This document shows positions 1-8,726 of a stretch of 64,000 nt of DNA, one piece after another (the first letter of the stretch is position 1; every line of letters begins with the position of its first letter). The stretch lies in IMG/VR virus record IMGVR_UViG_2518645594_000001, positions 12,431 through 76,430 of that record; one strand, 5' to 3'. The notes under the pieces were generated by a model that made no database searches, was not told where the DNA came from, and was given only the letters and a program-made list of their open reading frames with translations. Origin of the DNA: a virus (lineage: Duplodnaviria > Caudoviricetes). The position numbers and the translations under genes are program-made.

Positions 1-215
1 GAAGGAACGAAGACAGAAAGGGACTTGTGTGCTGCTGAACGATCAGGCTTTGCGTGCTATCCAGTTCGCCAGGCCATACGCCGACTGCCTCTGTTCTAAG
101 TCCCGCATTCATAGCCCAACAGCTGGGTCACAGCGTTTACATGCTGATATCGACCTATGCCGTTGGCTCAACCCAAGCTCCGACTGGAGCAAGCTGGAAA
201 AATTCGAAGTATCGG
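1..215 (+). pseudogene. Tyrosine integrase C-terminal fragment (internal deletion, frameshifts)
   Basis: Pieces LLNDQALRAIQFARPYA, PAFIAQQLGHSVYMLISTYA and WLNPSSDWSKLEK, in different frames, match the C-terminus of the intact integrase 62807-64000. Confidence 0.85.
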
Positions 216-320
216 ACGTATCAAAACCTGGCCGAGTGTTTCAACGACGACGCCACTGCCATCCTGAGCTTCGTAGTTCGCGCTGCCGCCTAACCCTGCG
301 GCGCTGCCCGCCAGCACCCA

Positions 321-352
321 AACGAAAAACGCCGCCTAGAGATAGGCGGCAT
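321..352 (-). terminator. Rho-independent terminator of the small lipoprotein gene
   Basis: gccgcct-N-aggcggc hairpin followed by a T-run on the minus strand; homologous to 57420-57452. Confidence 0.65.
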
Positions 353-365
353 TAGAAATTCCCCA

Positions 366-533
366 TCAGGGCTTGAAACCCTTATCTGGTGTCTTCGGAG
401 GTGGGATGTCCCATAGCCTGTCGCTGGATTCCTGCTGCGCCTTTGCTTTTTGCTCTTCTGTTGAGCCAAAGCAGCCGCTCAGCAACAGCGCAGTAACGGC
501 GACGAGAATTGCGCCAATCATGGTGTGCTTCAT
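366..533 (-). CDS. Small lipoprotein (TrbK/entry-exclusion-like C-terminus)
   Basis: MKHT... lipobox LLSGC; RBS aggaagga; ends DKGFKP; paralog of 57467-57637. Confidence 0.75.
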   Translation of the reverse strand: MKHTMIGAILVAVTALLLSGCFGSTEEQKAKAQQESSDRLWDIPPPKTPDKGFKP

Positions 534-1016
534 AAGGTTCCTTCCTGTGAGATGGTCGGGCATTACATCAAAAATCGCCAATCGCCGCAAAGCATGGCGC
601 TGAGCCAGTAGCCACCACCTGCCGTACTCAAAACATGAACGCTTTCATGTCCAACCGAATTCTTTGAAGGAGGTGAAAACGCCTCCATGTGGGTTTAATT
701 ATAACTAGCCTCCATATCCTCTTTACTTCGCTGCAGGCACATTCCTTTTACGTAAGCTTCTGCGTACTCAAAAGTGCTTCACCGATCGAAGTCTTCGACC
801 AAATTCGACCCAAGATATCTGACCTAATTGTAACACCGTAAGTATAAACGCAACTGGGGAAACTATCAGTATCATTTTTCCAGGCAGATCACCGATAGAC
901 CTCACCATCACTAAAGATCATCGACTGCAACGGTGGTCTTTTCAGCTCAGCCAAGTACGCAACACTTTGTGATCTAGTCATGCTAGGAAACACCTCACCT
1001 TTAGGTATAGGTAACC

Positions 1017-1436
1017 TTGAGCAGGCTGGGCTGCCGATTGTTGGGCTGGACCTATGTCGATAGCGCCGACATCAATCAGCTGCTGGAAATCGCAGAGCTG
1101 CAGCTGGCATTGACGATCCACGATGACGCTGACATCCAGGATAGATGTATTCGGGCCGAGAATTTGGAACTGCACACCAAGCTAGCTGACTGGAACACCA
1201 CAATCATTCCAGCGCTCAGCAGCGACCTTCGCGAAATCCTCGGACGCCCGAACCTTACTTGCCACCACATCGCCAAGGCTCAACGTATCATGGGGCTCAC
1301 GATCGCACCCAATGCCGAAGTCAAGCGGGCCGTCGTGATTCACTGGCCTCTCGGGCACTCCTTTAGGCACGGCGCGGATTGGCGTCAGCGTGTAACAGCC
1401 GAGCTGGCGAAGGCAGGTAATACGCTGAAAGTCTAA
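1017..1436 (+). CDS. Phage early-region hypothetical protein (possibly degenerate)
   Basis: 139-aa ORF; LREILGRPN...VIHW...HGADWR resembles conserved Pseudomonas prophage proteins. Confidence 0.5.
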   Translation: MSRLGCRLLGWTYVDSADINQLLEIAELQLALTIHDDADIQDRCIRAENLELHTKLADWNTTIIPALSSDLREILGRPNLTCHHIAKAQRIMGLTIAPNAEVKRAVVIHWPLGHSFRHGADWRQRVTAELAKAGNTLKV

Positions 1437-1592
1437 TAGGAGTACAAATGTACTACGCTCCGCTATAACCCCTTTCTCCCTATTCACTGCTGCGCTATGT
1501 CGATAAAGCCTGACCCGCCCCACATGAAACAATACTAGCGGCTCGGTTCCCCCTCGTGCCCAGCGAACAGCCAGCTTAGAGAAGCCTCTGCT

Positions 1593-2093
1593 TCAATTGG
1601 TTTGCATGCAAATTTGAGGCTGAGGCACAGGCTCCGGCATCAGGTTGGCATGTAACAGATCACCGTAACCCCAGACCAGCGTTCCCAAGACTGCCGCGAT
1701 GGCGCAAACAGCGCGCCACAATGTGTAGTAACTGCCATGCGATCTTCGCATCTGCCTGTTGAGTCTGCTCACACCCTCGCCCAAAAGCGATTCGCCAAGA
1801 AGGGCAAATACAGTTACAACAGATCCCGACCGTGAAAATTGCGCAGCGTCTCCCTCAAACCACCACGCGATACTCCAAGCGAATGAAATAAACACCGCGA
1901 TTGCAGCTGCGTATAGGCGTCGCCTAACCTCAAACAATGATGCCGCTGCCTTGCCAGTTACCTCAGGCACGTACCTTCCATCATCAATTGAATCGCAAGA
2001 TCCCCCGTAATTTTCCTCTTTCCTCTTTAGGGCGCCGTGAATCAGAAGTGTGGCAGCAACGCCTACGATCAGGCTTAGGTATGTTTTGCGCAC
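1593..2093 (-). CDS. Multi-pass membrane hypothetical protein (moron)
   Basis: 166 aa, about four hydrophobic segments, AT-rich upstream region. Confidence 0.7.
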   Translation of the reverse strand: MRKTYLSLIVGVAATLLIHGALKRKEENYGGSCDSIDDGRYVPEVTGKAAASLFEVRRRLYAAAIAVFISFAWSIAWWFEGDAAQFSRSGSVVTVFALLGESLLGEGVSRLNRQMRRSHGSYYTLWRAVCAIAAVLGTLVWGYGDLLHANLMPEPVPQPQICMQTN

Positions 2094-2180
2094 GTGGCTA
2101 TCTCTCTTGAAATTTGAATTATCTTAATTACTTGTCCGGCTAGTATATATGCCTGACGCATTTTTAATGGTGTATTTACG

Positions 2181-2210
2181 CATCAGTGCCGAGATATGGC
2201 GGCCAAGAAA
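2181..2210 (+). repeat. Conserved intergenic hairpin element resembling a type I-F CRISPR repeat (copy)
   Basis: CATCAGTGCCGAGATATGGCGGCCAAGAAA; near-identical to 60587-60616. Confidence 0.6.
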
Positions 2211-2267
2211 TCCGTAGGCCCAGCGCACAAACGGCGGCACGGTGGTGCCCGTTGATGAAGTGAGCGA

Positions 2268-2549
2268 ATGACCCGCCTCGCCTCCTGCCTCCTGCTGTTG
2301 GCCACAGGCGCAAGCGCCGGGCAAACCTTTCATGTCGAGGCATTCGGGAACATCGACAGGGGCGGCAATTGTGTGCACGACGAGGAGCGCGGCGTTACCT
2401 GCTACGTATTCTACGGCGGCATCAGCTGCATTTCCGACAGCCAGCCGCAGGCCAGCAATCAGCGCCAGCTCTCCCAGCACGAAACCCAACCCGAACCTCC
2501 ACCTGCTCTGGCGCCTGGGCGCTGGATTGATGAGAGGTATGAGTTGTGA
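2268..2549 (+). CDS. Small exported Cys-containing phage protein
   Basis: Signal peptide MTRLASCLLLLATGASA; paralog of 61113-61391 with a near-identical 3' end. Confidence 0.7.
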   Translation: MTRLASCLLLLATGASAGQTFHVEAFGNIDRGGNCVHDEERGVTCYVFYGGISCISDSQPQASNQRQLSQHETQPEPPPALAPGRWIDERYEL

Positions 2550-2927
2550 GGAAAATTCGAGATTTCTTGAAGGCTGTCATAGGGTGGGCTAGTTGGAAGA
2601 TGGCCGACTCTCTGCATAAGACGTTCGGCGCCTGGCATCCGCATGATGCTATTGACGAAGACCTTGGCTACTGGGGCTAGACATGACCGACCGGATCGAA
2701 GCAGAAGGCTGGCTGCTGAGGCAGATCGTCAAGGACGTGGGCCAGTGGCAGAACCCCGCCAAATACCACGAGGCAGCGCGTTGGATGGCGTGGCGTACAC
2801 CCCACTGGAGGCTGAGGCCCTGGCCGCTGGAGTCAAGCCATGAGATCTTTGGGAGAAATCATCGAAGCTTCGAAATCGAGCGACTGCCCCGACTACGACG
2901 ACCTGCGCCTATCAAACACCATCAAAA

Positions 2928-3407
2928 TCACCATTCGTCCAAGTCGTGGAGACGTTGTATCTGGTGCTTGTACTCGCACACTATCTGATAGGTAGAACTC
3001 GCGGTCCCAGTGACGAGAGCACCTACCACGTCGCAATCTGCCTCTACGAACTTCTCCCACGCTGCCTGCGCCTGGGGCATCATGGCCGGTACATTTTTCG
3101 GGAGCGAGCCTTCATCGACATACCCCTTTGCGGTGGCCAGGGCCTTCTGGTACTTCTCTTCCACCGCGTCCTTGGCCGCCTCCCGCATTTCATATGCGCA
3201 ATGAGCTGAATCATGGGTGGTTTTGGTCTCCGGCTTTCTCAAGCACTGCTGCCAATCGGCCTCAAGCTTCGCCGCGTACTGACGCACCGCTGCATCCCGT
3301 GCTGCAATCTCTGCTTCTTCCCCGTGCAGCTCGGCGTGGGCTGCGCCTACTACTGCCAGCACCGCGCCAGCGATACCGGCCTTGGTAACGGTCTTCATTG
3401 GTCTCAT
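2928..3407 (-). CDS. Lysozyme inhibitor LprI (DUF1311)-family protein
   Basis: Signal peptide plus C..C / AQAAW..F..ADC / C....R..L pattern typical of LprI. Confidence 0.75.
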   Translation of the reverse strand: MRPMKTVTKAGIAGAVLAVVGAAHAELHGEEAEIAARDAAVRQYAAKLEADWQQCLRKPETKTTHDSAHCAYEMREAAKDAVEEKYQKALATAKGYVDEGSLPKNVPAMMPQAQAAWEKFVEADCDVVGALVTGTASSTYQIVCEYKHQIQRLHDLDEW

Positions 3408-3671
3408 TTCCCTGAGTCATAGCCCGGCCGGCGTGATGCCGTTCCAGGCGGGTTTGGCTCGGCCAGAAGCCGGGCGAGGTGATCCTGACGCATTATATGC
3501 GTTGCCATTACCCTCGAGTTGGAGCACCGCAACATTTCAACCGCAATCAAGGCCTGATCAAAGCGCGCGATTAGCTTCGACAAGATCGTGACGCCCTGCG
3601 GTATGCCGGAGGACACCTTCTATGACCCTAGCCCTGATGTACATGGCCTACCTGATTTGCAGGGGGCCGCG

Positions 3672-4050
3672 ATGAGCGCAGCGGTTGAAGTGCTCGACAC
3701 ATGCAGTGCCCGCCGCATGATGTGGTTCGACAAGGAAGACCAGCGCGCCCTGTTCGGCGACATCCGCGACGACGAACACCAGCGATGCGACAGCCGGATA
3801 CTGAAGGTTGAGCCAGATGTGCTGATGGACTTTCGGAGTCTGCCCTTGGGGACGCCGCTTTGCGCTGGGTCGTGTTCGATCCGCCGCATCTGACCCGGGC
3901 CGACGTGGCTCGCTGGATGCGGGCAATGTACAGAGTGCTCACCAGTGAATGGCGGGAGGATATCCCCCAAGGCTTTGCCGAGCGTTTCCGTGTACTGGAA
4001 CCTGAGGGAATCCTGATCTTCAAGTGAAACGAAGCCCAAGTGCTGGTCAG
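3672..4050 (+). pseudogene. Phage SAM-dependent methyltransferase, frameshifted and truncated
   Basis: VLDTCSARRMMWFDK...FGDIR...PDVLMDFRSLP, then FDPPHL and FRVLEPEGILIFK* in shifted frames. Confidence 0.8.
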
Positions 4051-4057
4051 CACCAAC

Positions 4058-4382
4058 CAGTCCCTTCGTGTTCCAACCTAGCAAAGGTGGGCTGTGGATC
4101 AACGAGCCAAGTGTTACAATCCGCCACTTCAAATCGGCGCTGAAGGCGCTGAACATCCGTGAACGCCGTCAGTACGACACCCGCCACACCTACGCAACCA
4201 TGTGCCTGATGTCTGGGATGAACCCCGCGTTCATCGCGAGCCAGCTCGGCTACAGCGTCGAGATGTAGCTCTCTACCTACGCGAAATGGATCAGCTCCTC
4301 CTTGGACTGGAGGGAGCTGGAGAAGCTGCCGCCCCGAGTCGAAATGGCCCAAAATTGGCCCAGAACTGACGAGAGGGCCTAA
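4058..4382 (+). pseudogene. Tyrosine integrase 3' fragment with a premature TAG (4266-4268)
   Basis: YDTRHTYATMCLMSGMNPAFIASQLGYSVEM*LSTYAKWI matches the catalytic C-terminus of 62807-64000; the N-terminus is deleted. Confidence 0.9.
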
Positions 4383-4414
4383 ATACACCTCTGGAACCCC
4401 CGCAGGACAAGCAC

Positions 4415-4442
4415 TTGATCTCCACAGCAAACATCACCATGC
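4415..4442 (+). other. Putative att core: duplicated 5' end of an ABC-F ATPase gene (ybiT-like)
   Basis: TTG ATC TCC ACA GCA AAC ATC ACC ATG C = MISTANITM with an RBS upstream; similarity then stops abruptly; sits between the remnant int and the end of the intact prophage. Confidence 0.7.
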
Positions 4443-4636
4443 GCTATGCCATGGGGTTTAGCGGGTGGGGATGTGTAGATTTTGCTGGGCCTAACTCCCC
4501 TCGCTCCCCCACCGATACGCATCAGTTGGTTCGCCAATTGGTCCGATAGCTTTCATCCAACTATGATGCCGATCCGGCATAATCTAGGCCGTTCGAAGCG
4601 CATGCCCCTCCTCTGGCGTTCTGCCGAATCCCACCC

Positions 4637-5002
4637 CTATCCTGCTACACGGTCGTGATCCCGTACGCTGAACCGGACCACACCCCACACTTCGAACGTA
4701 TCCCCCTCCATGATGTACCGCGAAGGGAACTTTGGGTTCTCCGACCGCAGGACCAGCACACCGTGCTCATGGCACATGCGCTTGCAGACCGGTTCGCCGT
4801 TCACCGCCGCGATCACGATGTCGCCGTGCTTGGCCTCGACGCTTCGATCAACGACCAGTAGGTCGCCGGAATACATCCCAATACCCTGCATGCTCTCGCC
4901 TTCGATCTTGACCAGGTAGGTCCAGGGCGCACGCACCTGCATCAGATCGTCCAGGCTGAGCTGAGGCATGTCGTCGATTTCGAAGTCAAGAGCGGTGTTC
5001 AT
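4637..5002 (-). CDS. umuD: UmuD/RulA-like S24 peptidase-family protein lacking the N-terminal cleavage arm
   Basis: LSLDDL...GESM...GDLLVVDRS...GDIVIAAVNGEPVCKR...VWGVV; ATG with GGAGG RBS. Confidence 0.8.
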   Translation of the reverse strand: MNTALDFEIDDMPQLSLDDLMQVRAPWTYLVKIEGESMQGIGMYSGDLLVVDRSVEAKHGDIVIAAVNGEPVCKRMCHEHGVLVLRSENPKFPSRYIMEGDTFEVWGVVRFSVRDHDRVAG

Positions 5003-5018
5003 TGGCGGAGCCTCCATA

Positions 5019-5034
5019 CTGTATAAATGAACAG
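5019..5034. promoter_or_regulatory. LexA (SOS) box
   Basis: CTGTATAAATGAACAG (CTG-N10-CAG) inside the larger palindrome CATACTGT...ACAGTATG, upstream of the umuD-like gene. Confidence 0.85.
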
Positions 5035-5084
5035 TATGGTAGTGGCCTGCGATAGGGCCGGCAACTGCCGACAAGCGGGATGCG

Positions 5085-5309
5085 CTAGTGCGTAGGGGGC
5101 AGTTTGCTGCCCATCAGCTTGGCGACGGTGCGAAGCTGGTAGTCGGAAACCGCCTGGGACAAGGACTCGGAATGGAGCCGCAGCCGCTCTACTTCCTCGG
5201 CCGGCGCGCCATAGTCCCTCGCCTCCCAGTACCGTTTGAGAGCTTCCATCGACTGTTCGATCAGTGGTTCGCCTGCCTCAACGGCAGCGGCAAATTCATC
5301 CTTGTCCAT
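5085..5309 (-). CDS. Small hypothetical protein
   Basis: 74-aa helical ORF next to the SOS gene at the prophage end. Confidence 0.7.
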   Translation of the reverse strand: MDKDEFAAAVEAGEPLIEQSMEALKRYWEARDYGAPAEEVERLRLHSESLSQAVSDYQLRTVAKLMGSKLPPTH

Positions 5310-5411
5310 CGGGGATACCCTTATTTGGTCAGGGCATTATAGACAGACTCGCACGCAAGGCCCGCTACTCGGCTTCGCTCAAGCGCTGCCGCGAGGCTTC
5401 CCGCCATCAAG

Positions 5412-5741
5412 CTATAGCTCGTTCTTGATCCTGACAAAATTTTCTATGTCTGTATAAAGAAACCATATATCTTCGGCAATCTGTGAAGCTGTCTTACTAT
5501 GCATGCCGTTTAGAGTAGCAAGAATACTGCCTGTAACATTACACTCCTTCACAGTCAATTTAGATCTAACCGATTCGATTCTCTTACTGAAATCTTCAGG
5601 CAGCTCCGGATCTGGCGGAATGTTGGCCATAATTAATTTATTGGTCATAGCAAGAAAGAGCCCGAATTTTACATCTCCAGAACTTGTAGCAAGGATATGC
5701 ACCGCATCTCTCAGGCAGTGGTAGGTATCCAAAATGGACAT
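5412..5741 (-). CDS. AT-rich hypothetical protein (moron)
   Basis: 109-aa ORF, GGAGG RBS, low GC. Confidence 0.65.
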   Translation of the reverse strand: MSILDTYHCLRDAVHILATSSGDVKFGLFLAMTNKLIMANIPPDPELPEDFSKRIESVRSKLTVKECNVTGSILATLNGMHSKTASQIAEDIWFLYTDIENFVRIKNEL

Positions 5742-5766
5742 GCGCGGCCTCCACGCAGCTGATCCG

Positions 5767-6054
5767 TTAGTGACAGCTAATATTGGCCGCTATCAACTGT
5801 TTTTCATAGCCAATTCTTTGCCTCCTCTCAGCTAGCAGGGCGCGTACCTTAACCTCGAGGTTATCGGTCTTGCGTAGGCTGGCGGCCGCCCAGAACGGCA
5901 CGGTGACATCTGGCGCGCGGCACGGCACCTGCACAGGCACCTCGACGCGCACGATGCGCACCGCTGGCTCGACGCGACCTGCGCAGCCGGCCAGCAGCAG
6001 AACGGTCAGCATGAATAGTTTCTGGAATAATTTGCAGTCGATCTTGTCGTTCAA
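5767..6054 (-). CDS. Outer-membrane spanin (Rz1-like lipoprotein)
   Basis: Lipobox LLAGC, VEVPVQVPC motif; TTG start overlaps the stop of the i-spanin. Confidence 0.75.
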   Translation of the reverse strand: MNDKIDCKLFQKLFMLTVLLLAGCAGRVEPAVRIVRVEVPVQVPCRAPDVTVPFWAAASLRKTDNLEVKVRALLAERRQRIGYEKQLIAANISCH

Positions 6055-6428
6055 AGCCCAAGCTCCTTGTCGATGATCCAGGTGGCAGCCGTGCACTGGT
6101 CGCCGCCGGTGCGCTCCTGCTGGATACGGTTGGCGGCTTGGTAGTCGGCCTGGGCGCTTGCACGCGCATCGGCTACAGCCTTTTCGGCGGCGGCCTGGCG
6201 TTGCCTAATCGCCAGTTGCAGGTCGCCCAGCGCCTTGCCCTGTTCGCCGACCAGTACCTCTAGGTTGTCGCGTGCCAGCTTGCACTGACCGGCCTGCCCC
6301 GCTTGCTCAGCGGCATCGGCACGGGCCTTGCCGATCTGCCCGTGCTGCCACCAGATAACCCCGGCGGCGGCCAGGGCCAGTATTAGCCAAAGCGGGATGG
6401 CCTTAAGAACTGCCACCGCTGCGCTCAT
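6051..6428 (-). CDS. Inner-membrane spanin (Rz-like)
   Basis: N-terminal TM helix plus coiled coil, directly after the endolysin. Confidence 0.75.
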   Translation of the reverse strand: MSAAVAVLKAIPLWLILALAAAGVIWWQHGQIGKARADAAEQAGQAGQCKLARDNLEVLVGEQGKALGDLQLAIRQRQAAAEKAVADARASAQADYQAANRIQQERTGGDQCTAATWIIDKELGL

Positions 6429-6871
6429 GCCAGGGCCCGCCTGATGCCCTCATTGATCAGCGTCGACGGATACGGATTGGTGCCGTTCTCGTGCGCGATG
6501 ATGCCGACCACCAACTCGCGCAGGATCTGCGGCTTGGCGATGTCGATCGAGTCGCGCACGCCGACGCCCAGGCGCTTGGCGATGGCTCGGGCATAGGCAT
6601 TGGTGTCGTTCTCGCTCGCCGGCGCCCACCGGTTGATGAACTCCAGCGGGGTGTCGATACCAGGCCGGCCAACACCGGGCATCCCATCCTTGCCCCGATA
6701 GTTGAGCAGCAGCTTGCCCAGGGCACGGATGCCGTTCTCAGGATGGTCAAAGCGGGCAAATCGCGGCTTGGCCACGCCTACCTCCAGGCCCAGTTGCCCC
6801 TGCCAGGCGTTGCGCGGGTTGTAATCGATGTTTCCTGGGTTGTTATTGCGGATACCGCGGGGTGTGGTCAT
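6425..6871 (-). CDS. Putative endolysin (RGIRNNNPGNI family)
   Basis: RGIRNNNPGNI...RWAP..ENDT..Y...HENG motif; adjacent to the spanins. Confidence 0.75.
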   Translation of the reverse strand: MTTPRGIRNNNPGNIDYNPRNAWQGQLGLEVGVAKPRFARFDHPENGIRALGKLLLNYRGKDGMPGVGRPGIDTPLEFINRWAPASENDTNAYARAIAKRLGVGVRDSIDIAKPQILRELVVGIIAHENGTNPYPSTLINEGIRRALA

Positions 6872-6886
6872 AGGTTTTCTCCAGGC

Positions 6887-6911
6887 GAAAAAAAGCCCGC
6901 GATGTGCGGGC
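6887..6911. terminator. Hairpin terminator upstream of the endolysin
   Basis: aaaaaaagcccgc-gatgt-gcgggc. Confidence 0.6.
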
Positions 6912-6959
6912 CACACAAAAGACGCGTTATGATCTGGTCATCTCACTGGGAGTGACCTC

Positions 6960-7283
6960 ATGAAAAAACTATGGATGGGTGTGATGCTCGCCTCAGCGCT
7001 GGGCGGGTGTGGGACTGTACGCACGGTTTCCAACGAGTCCAAAGCCGTGGACGATCTGGCGAAATGGCAGACTAATTGTTATACGATTTCCCGGGCATAC
7101 AGTGGCGTTGCTTATCAGTTTTGCAACTTGAACAGTCCCCCTCGAACAGGCCCGCACTGGGCCACCTTCCCGATCCTGCTCGACATGGCAGCGTCGGGAA
7201 TCGTCGATACCGTTGTTCTTCCTTACACCGGCTATCAGCAGTACAGGCAAGGCAATGTGCCAATCCGTAGGCTGGAATATTGA
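6960..7283 (+). CDS. YceK/YidQ (DUF1375)-family lipoprotein, antisense moron
   Basis: Lipobox LGGC-GTVRT, YSGV, LDM..S...DTVVLPY. Confidence 0.8.
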   Translation: MKKLWMGVMLASALGGCGTVRTVSNESKAVDDLAKWQTNCYTISRAYSGVAYQFCNLNSPPRTGPHWATFPILLDMAASGIVDTVVLPYTGYQQYRQGNVPIRRLEY

Positions 7284-7321
7284 TACCACTGTTTAGATCA
7301 TGGTGATCCCGCCAGGTTAGA

Positions 7322-7543
7322 TCAAGCGGCCGGGGCTTCCGGCTCTGGCGCTGCTGCGGGTTCCTTCGCAGTGATCGAGACCTTGGCGCTGTAGTCCTTC
7401 AGCACCTGGGCCACACAAACCTGTGCGGTCGGGAACTGGTTCAGGATCTCGCGGGCGCGCGCGTCGGCCTCCTCCTGGGTGGCATAGCGGGTTTTGTTGG
7501 CCGCGTCATAGTCGTTGGCCAGGTTGATAGCTACATAGGGCAT
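7322..7543 (-). CDS. Small hypothetical protein
   Basis: 73 aa, AGAGG RBS, phage-like codon usage. Confidence 0.7.
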   Translation of the reverse strand: MPYVAINLANDYDAANKTRYATQEEADARAREILNQFPTAQVCVAQVLKDYSAKVSITAKEPAAAPEPEAPAA

Positions 7544-7560
7544 GGGTATTTCCTCTTTGG

Positions 7561-8412
7561 TTATCTAAATGGGAATGGGTAATCAGTCGCTCGAATAACG
7601 AGCGCTTGAGGTTGGCGGTCAGTCGGAATATCTGACCAAGTTGTGTCTCGTGCACCGCTGTGTTGGGAGATAGTTGCAACGGCAGGGCTGAAGAAAAATC
7701 TGACGCCACCAGAGGCGCCGCCACATCCCTCGTTCGCGCTAACGCTTGCGCCTTCTCCTAATGTGTATCCTTCAGCCAGCATGCAGATCCTGGAGAACGT
7801 CAGGTAGGCTGCAAGCTCACCAGACGCTACTGGAACAAACACAGCTCCTTTAGGCTGTGGGTAGTCAGTGTTTGCCCATTCCCTACCTGAAGCCTCGTTG
7901 CCGCCACCGGAATAGGGAGTGAATCGCAGGTCTGAGCCGGGATAGGCCGGTGCGTTGATTGGAGGAGGATCCACAGCCGCGATGATATTTAGCGGCGGCA
8001 TTCCGGTTGTAAAACTGAGTCGACCTGCAGCGTCATAGCACTCCATGCCCGTCCTCTCGCCCACGTCGCGCATCAGGTCGAAGATATAGGCCTTGGTATT
8101 CGGGCTGCAGCCTTTGAAGTACAGCGTTCGGACATTGCCGCTAACCGATTCACCACAGGGCTTGCCATCGCCGACAAGGAAAACGATCGGCGAGACAGCA
8201 CCGGTGACGGTGATTCCGCATATGGGATCAATCAGGCGCGTGTATGAATAACTACCTTCTTCATTTGGTGGCAGGTTGAGAGACCGCAAAGTATAACGCC
8301 CCCACCTGTCCATCAAGTCCAAATATCCACTTTTCAACAAGCCGTAGGAAATTCGGTCGATATCAAAAAGGAGCGTGCCGTCTTCTTTGAAAGCCTGGAA
8401 CCCGACAGGCAT
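7561..8412 (-). CDS. Tail-tip associated protein
   Basis: MPVGFQAFKEDGTLLFD start with GGAGG RBS; lies downstream of J. Confidence 0.7.
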   Translation of the reverse strand: MPVGFQAFKEDGTLLFDIDRISYGLLKSGYLDLMDRWGRYTLRSLNLPPNEEGSYSYTRLIDPICGITVTGAVSPIVFLVGDGKPCGESVSGNVRTLYFKGCSPNTKAYIFDLMRDVGERTGMECYDAAGRLSFTTGMPPLNIIAAVDPPPINAPAYPGSDLRFTPYSGGGNEASGREWANTDYPQPKGAVFVPVASGELAAYLTFSRICMLAEGYTLGEGASVSANEGCGGASGGVRFFFSPAVATISQHSGARDTTWSDIPTDRQPQALVIRATDYPFPFR

Positions 8413-8420
8413 TTCACCTC

Positions 8421-8723
8421 CTAATAATAGCCGTAGTAGATTCTGCAATTGGCGCTGAACTGACCAAACCAAGTTGAATGTTGGTATTGCCAGGACAGCG
8501 TATTGCCTGAGATTGTCACGCCCGGTTTCTTGCCCTTCCATTGCTGTGTATCCACCAGCGGCACGACGATATAAAACCGCCGCTTGCCCGCCGGAATACT
8601 GGGCAGGGTTATCGCCCCGCCCGTTGCATTGGTGACAACATCCCCTTGGTGCTGACTGATCGACATCGTCATGTTGACGAGCAGTCGGCCGTCAGAGCCG
8701 TAGATCTCCAGTCCACTGGGCAT
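8421..8723 (-). CDS. Tail-tip associated small protein
   Basis: MPSGLEIYGSDG N-terminus typical of genes following J-like proteins. Confidence 0.7.
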   Translation of the reverse strand: MPSGLEIYGSDGRLLVNMTMSISQHQGDVVTNATGGAITLPSIPAGKRRFYIVVPLVDTQQWKGKKPGVTISGNTLSWQYQHSTWFGQFSANCRIYYGYY

Positions 8724-8726
8724 GAT

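Larger units (their letters stand above)
1..4442. mobile_element. Degenerate remnant of earlier related prophage(s) at the same locus
   Basis: Two integrase fragments, a frameshifted methyltransferase, and paralogs of 57467-57637 and 61113-61391 in the same order as the early region of the intact prophage. Confidence 0.85.

Noticed and set aside
620-981. AT-rich minus-strand coding-like stretch starting MTRSQSVAY
   Set aside because: Several stops and no identifiable family; probably a decayed moron, but not supportable as a feature
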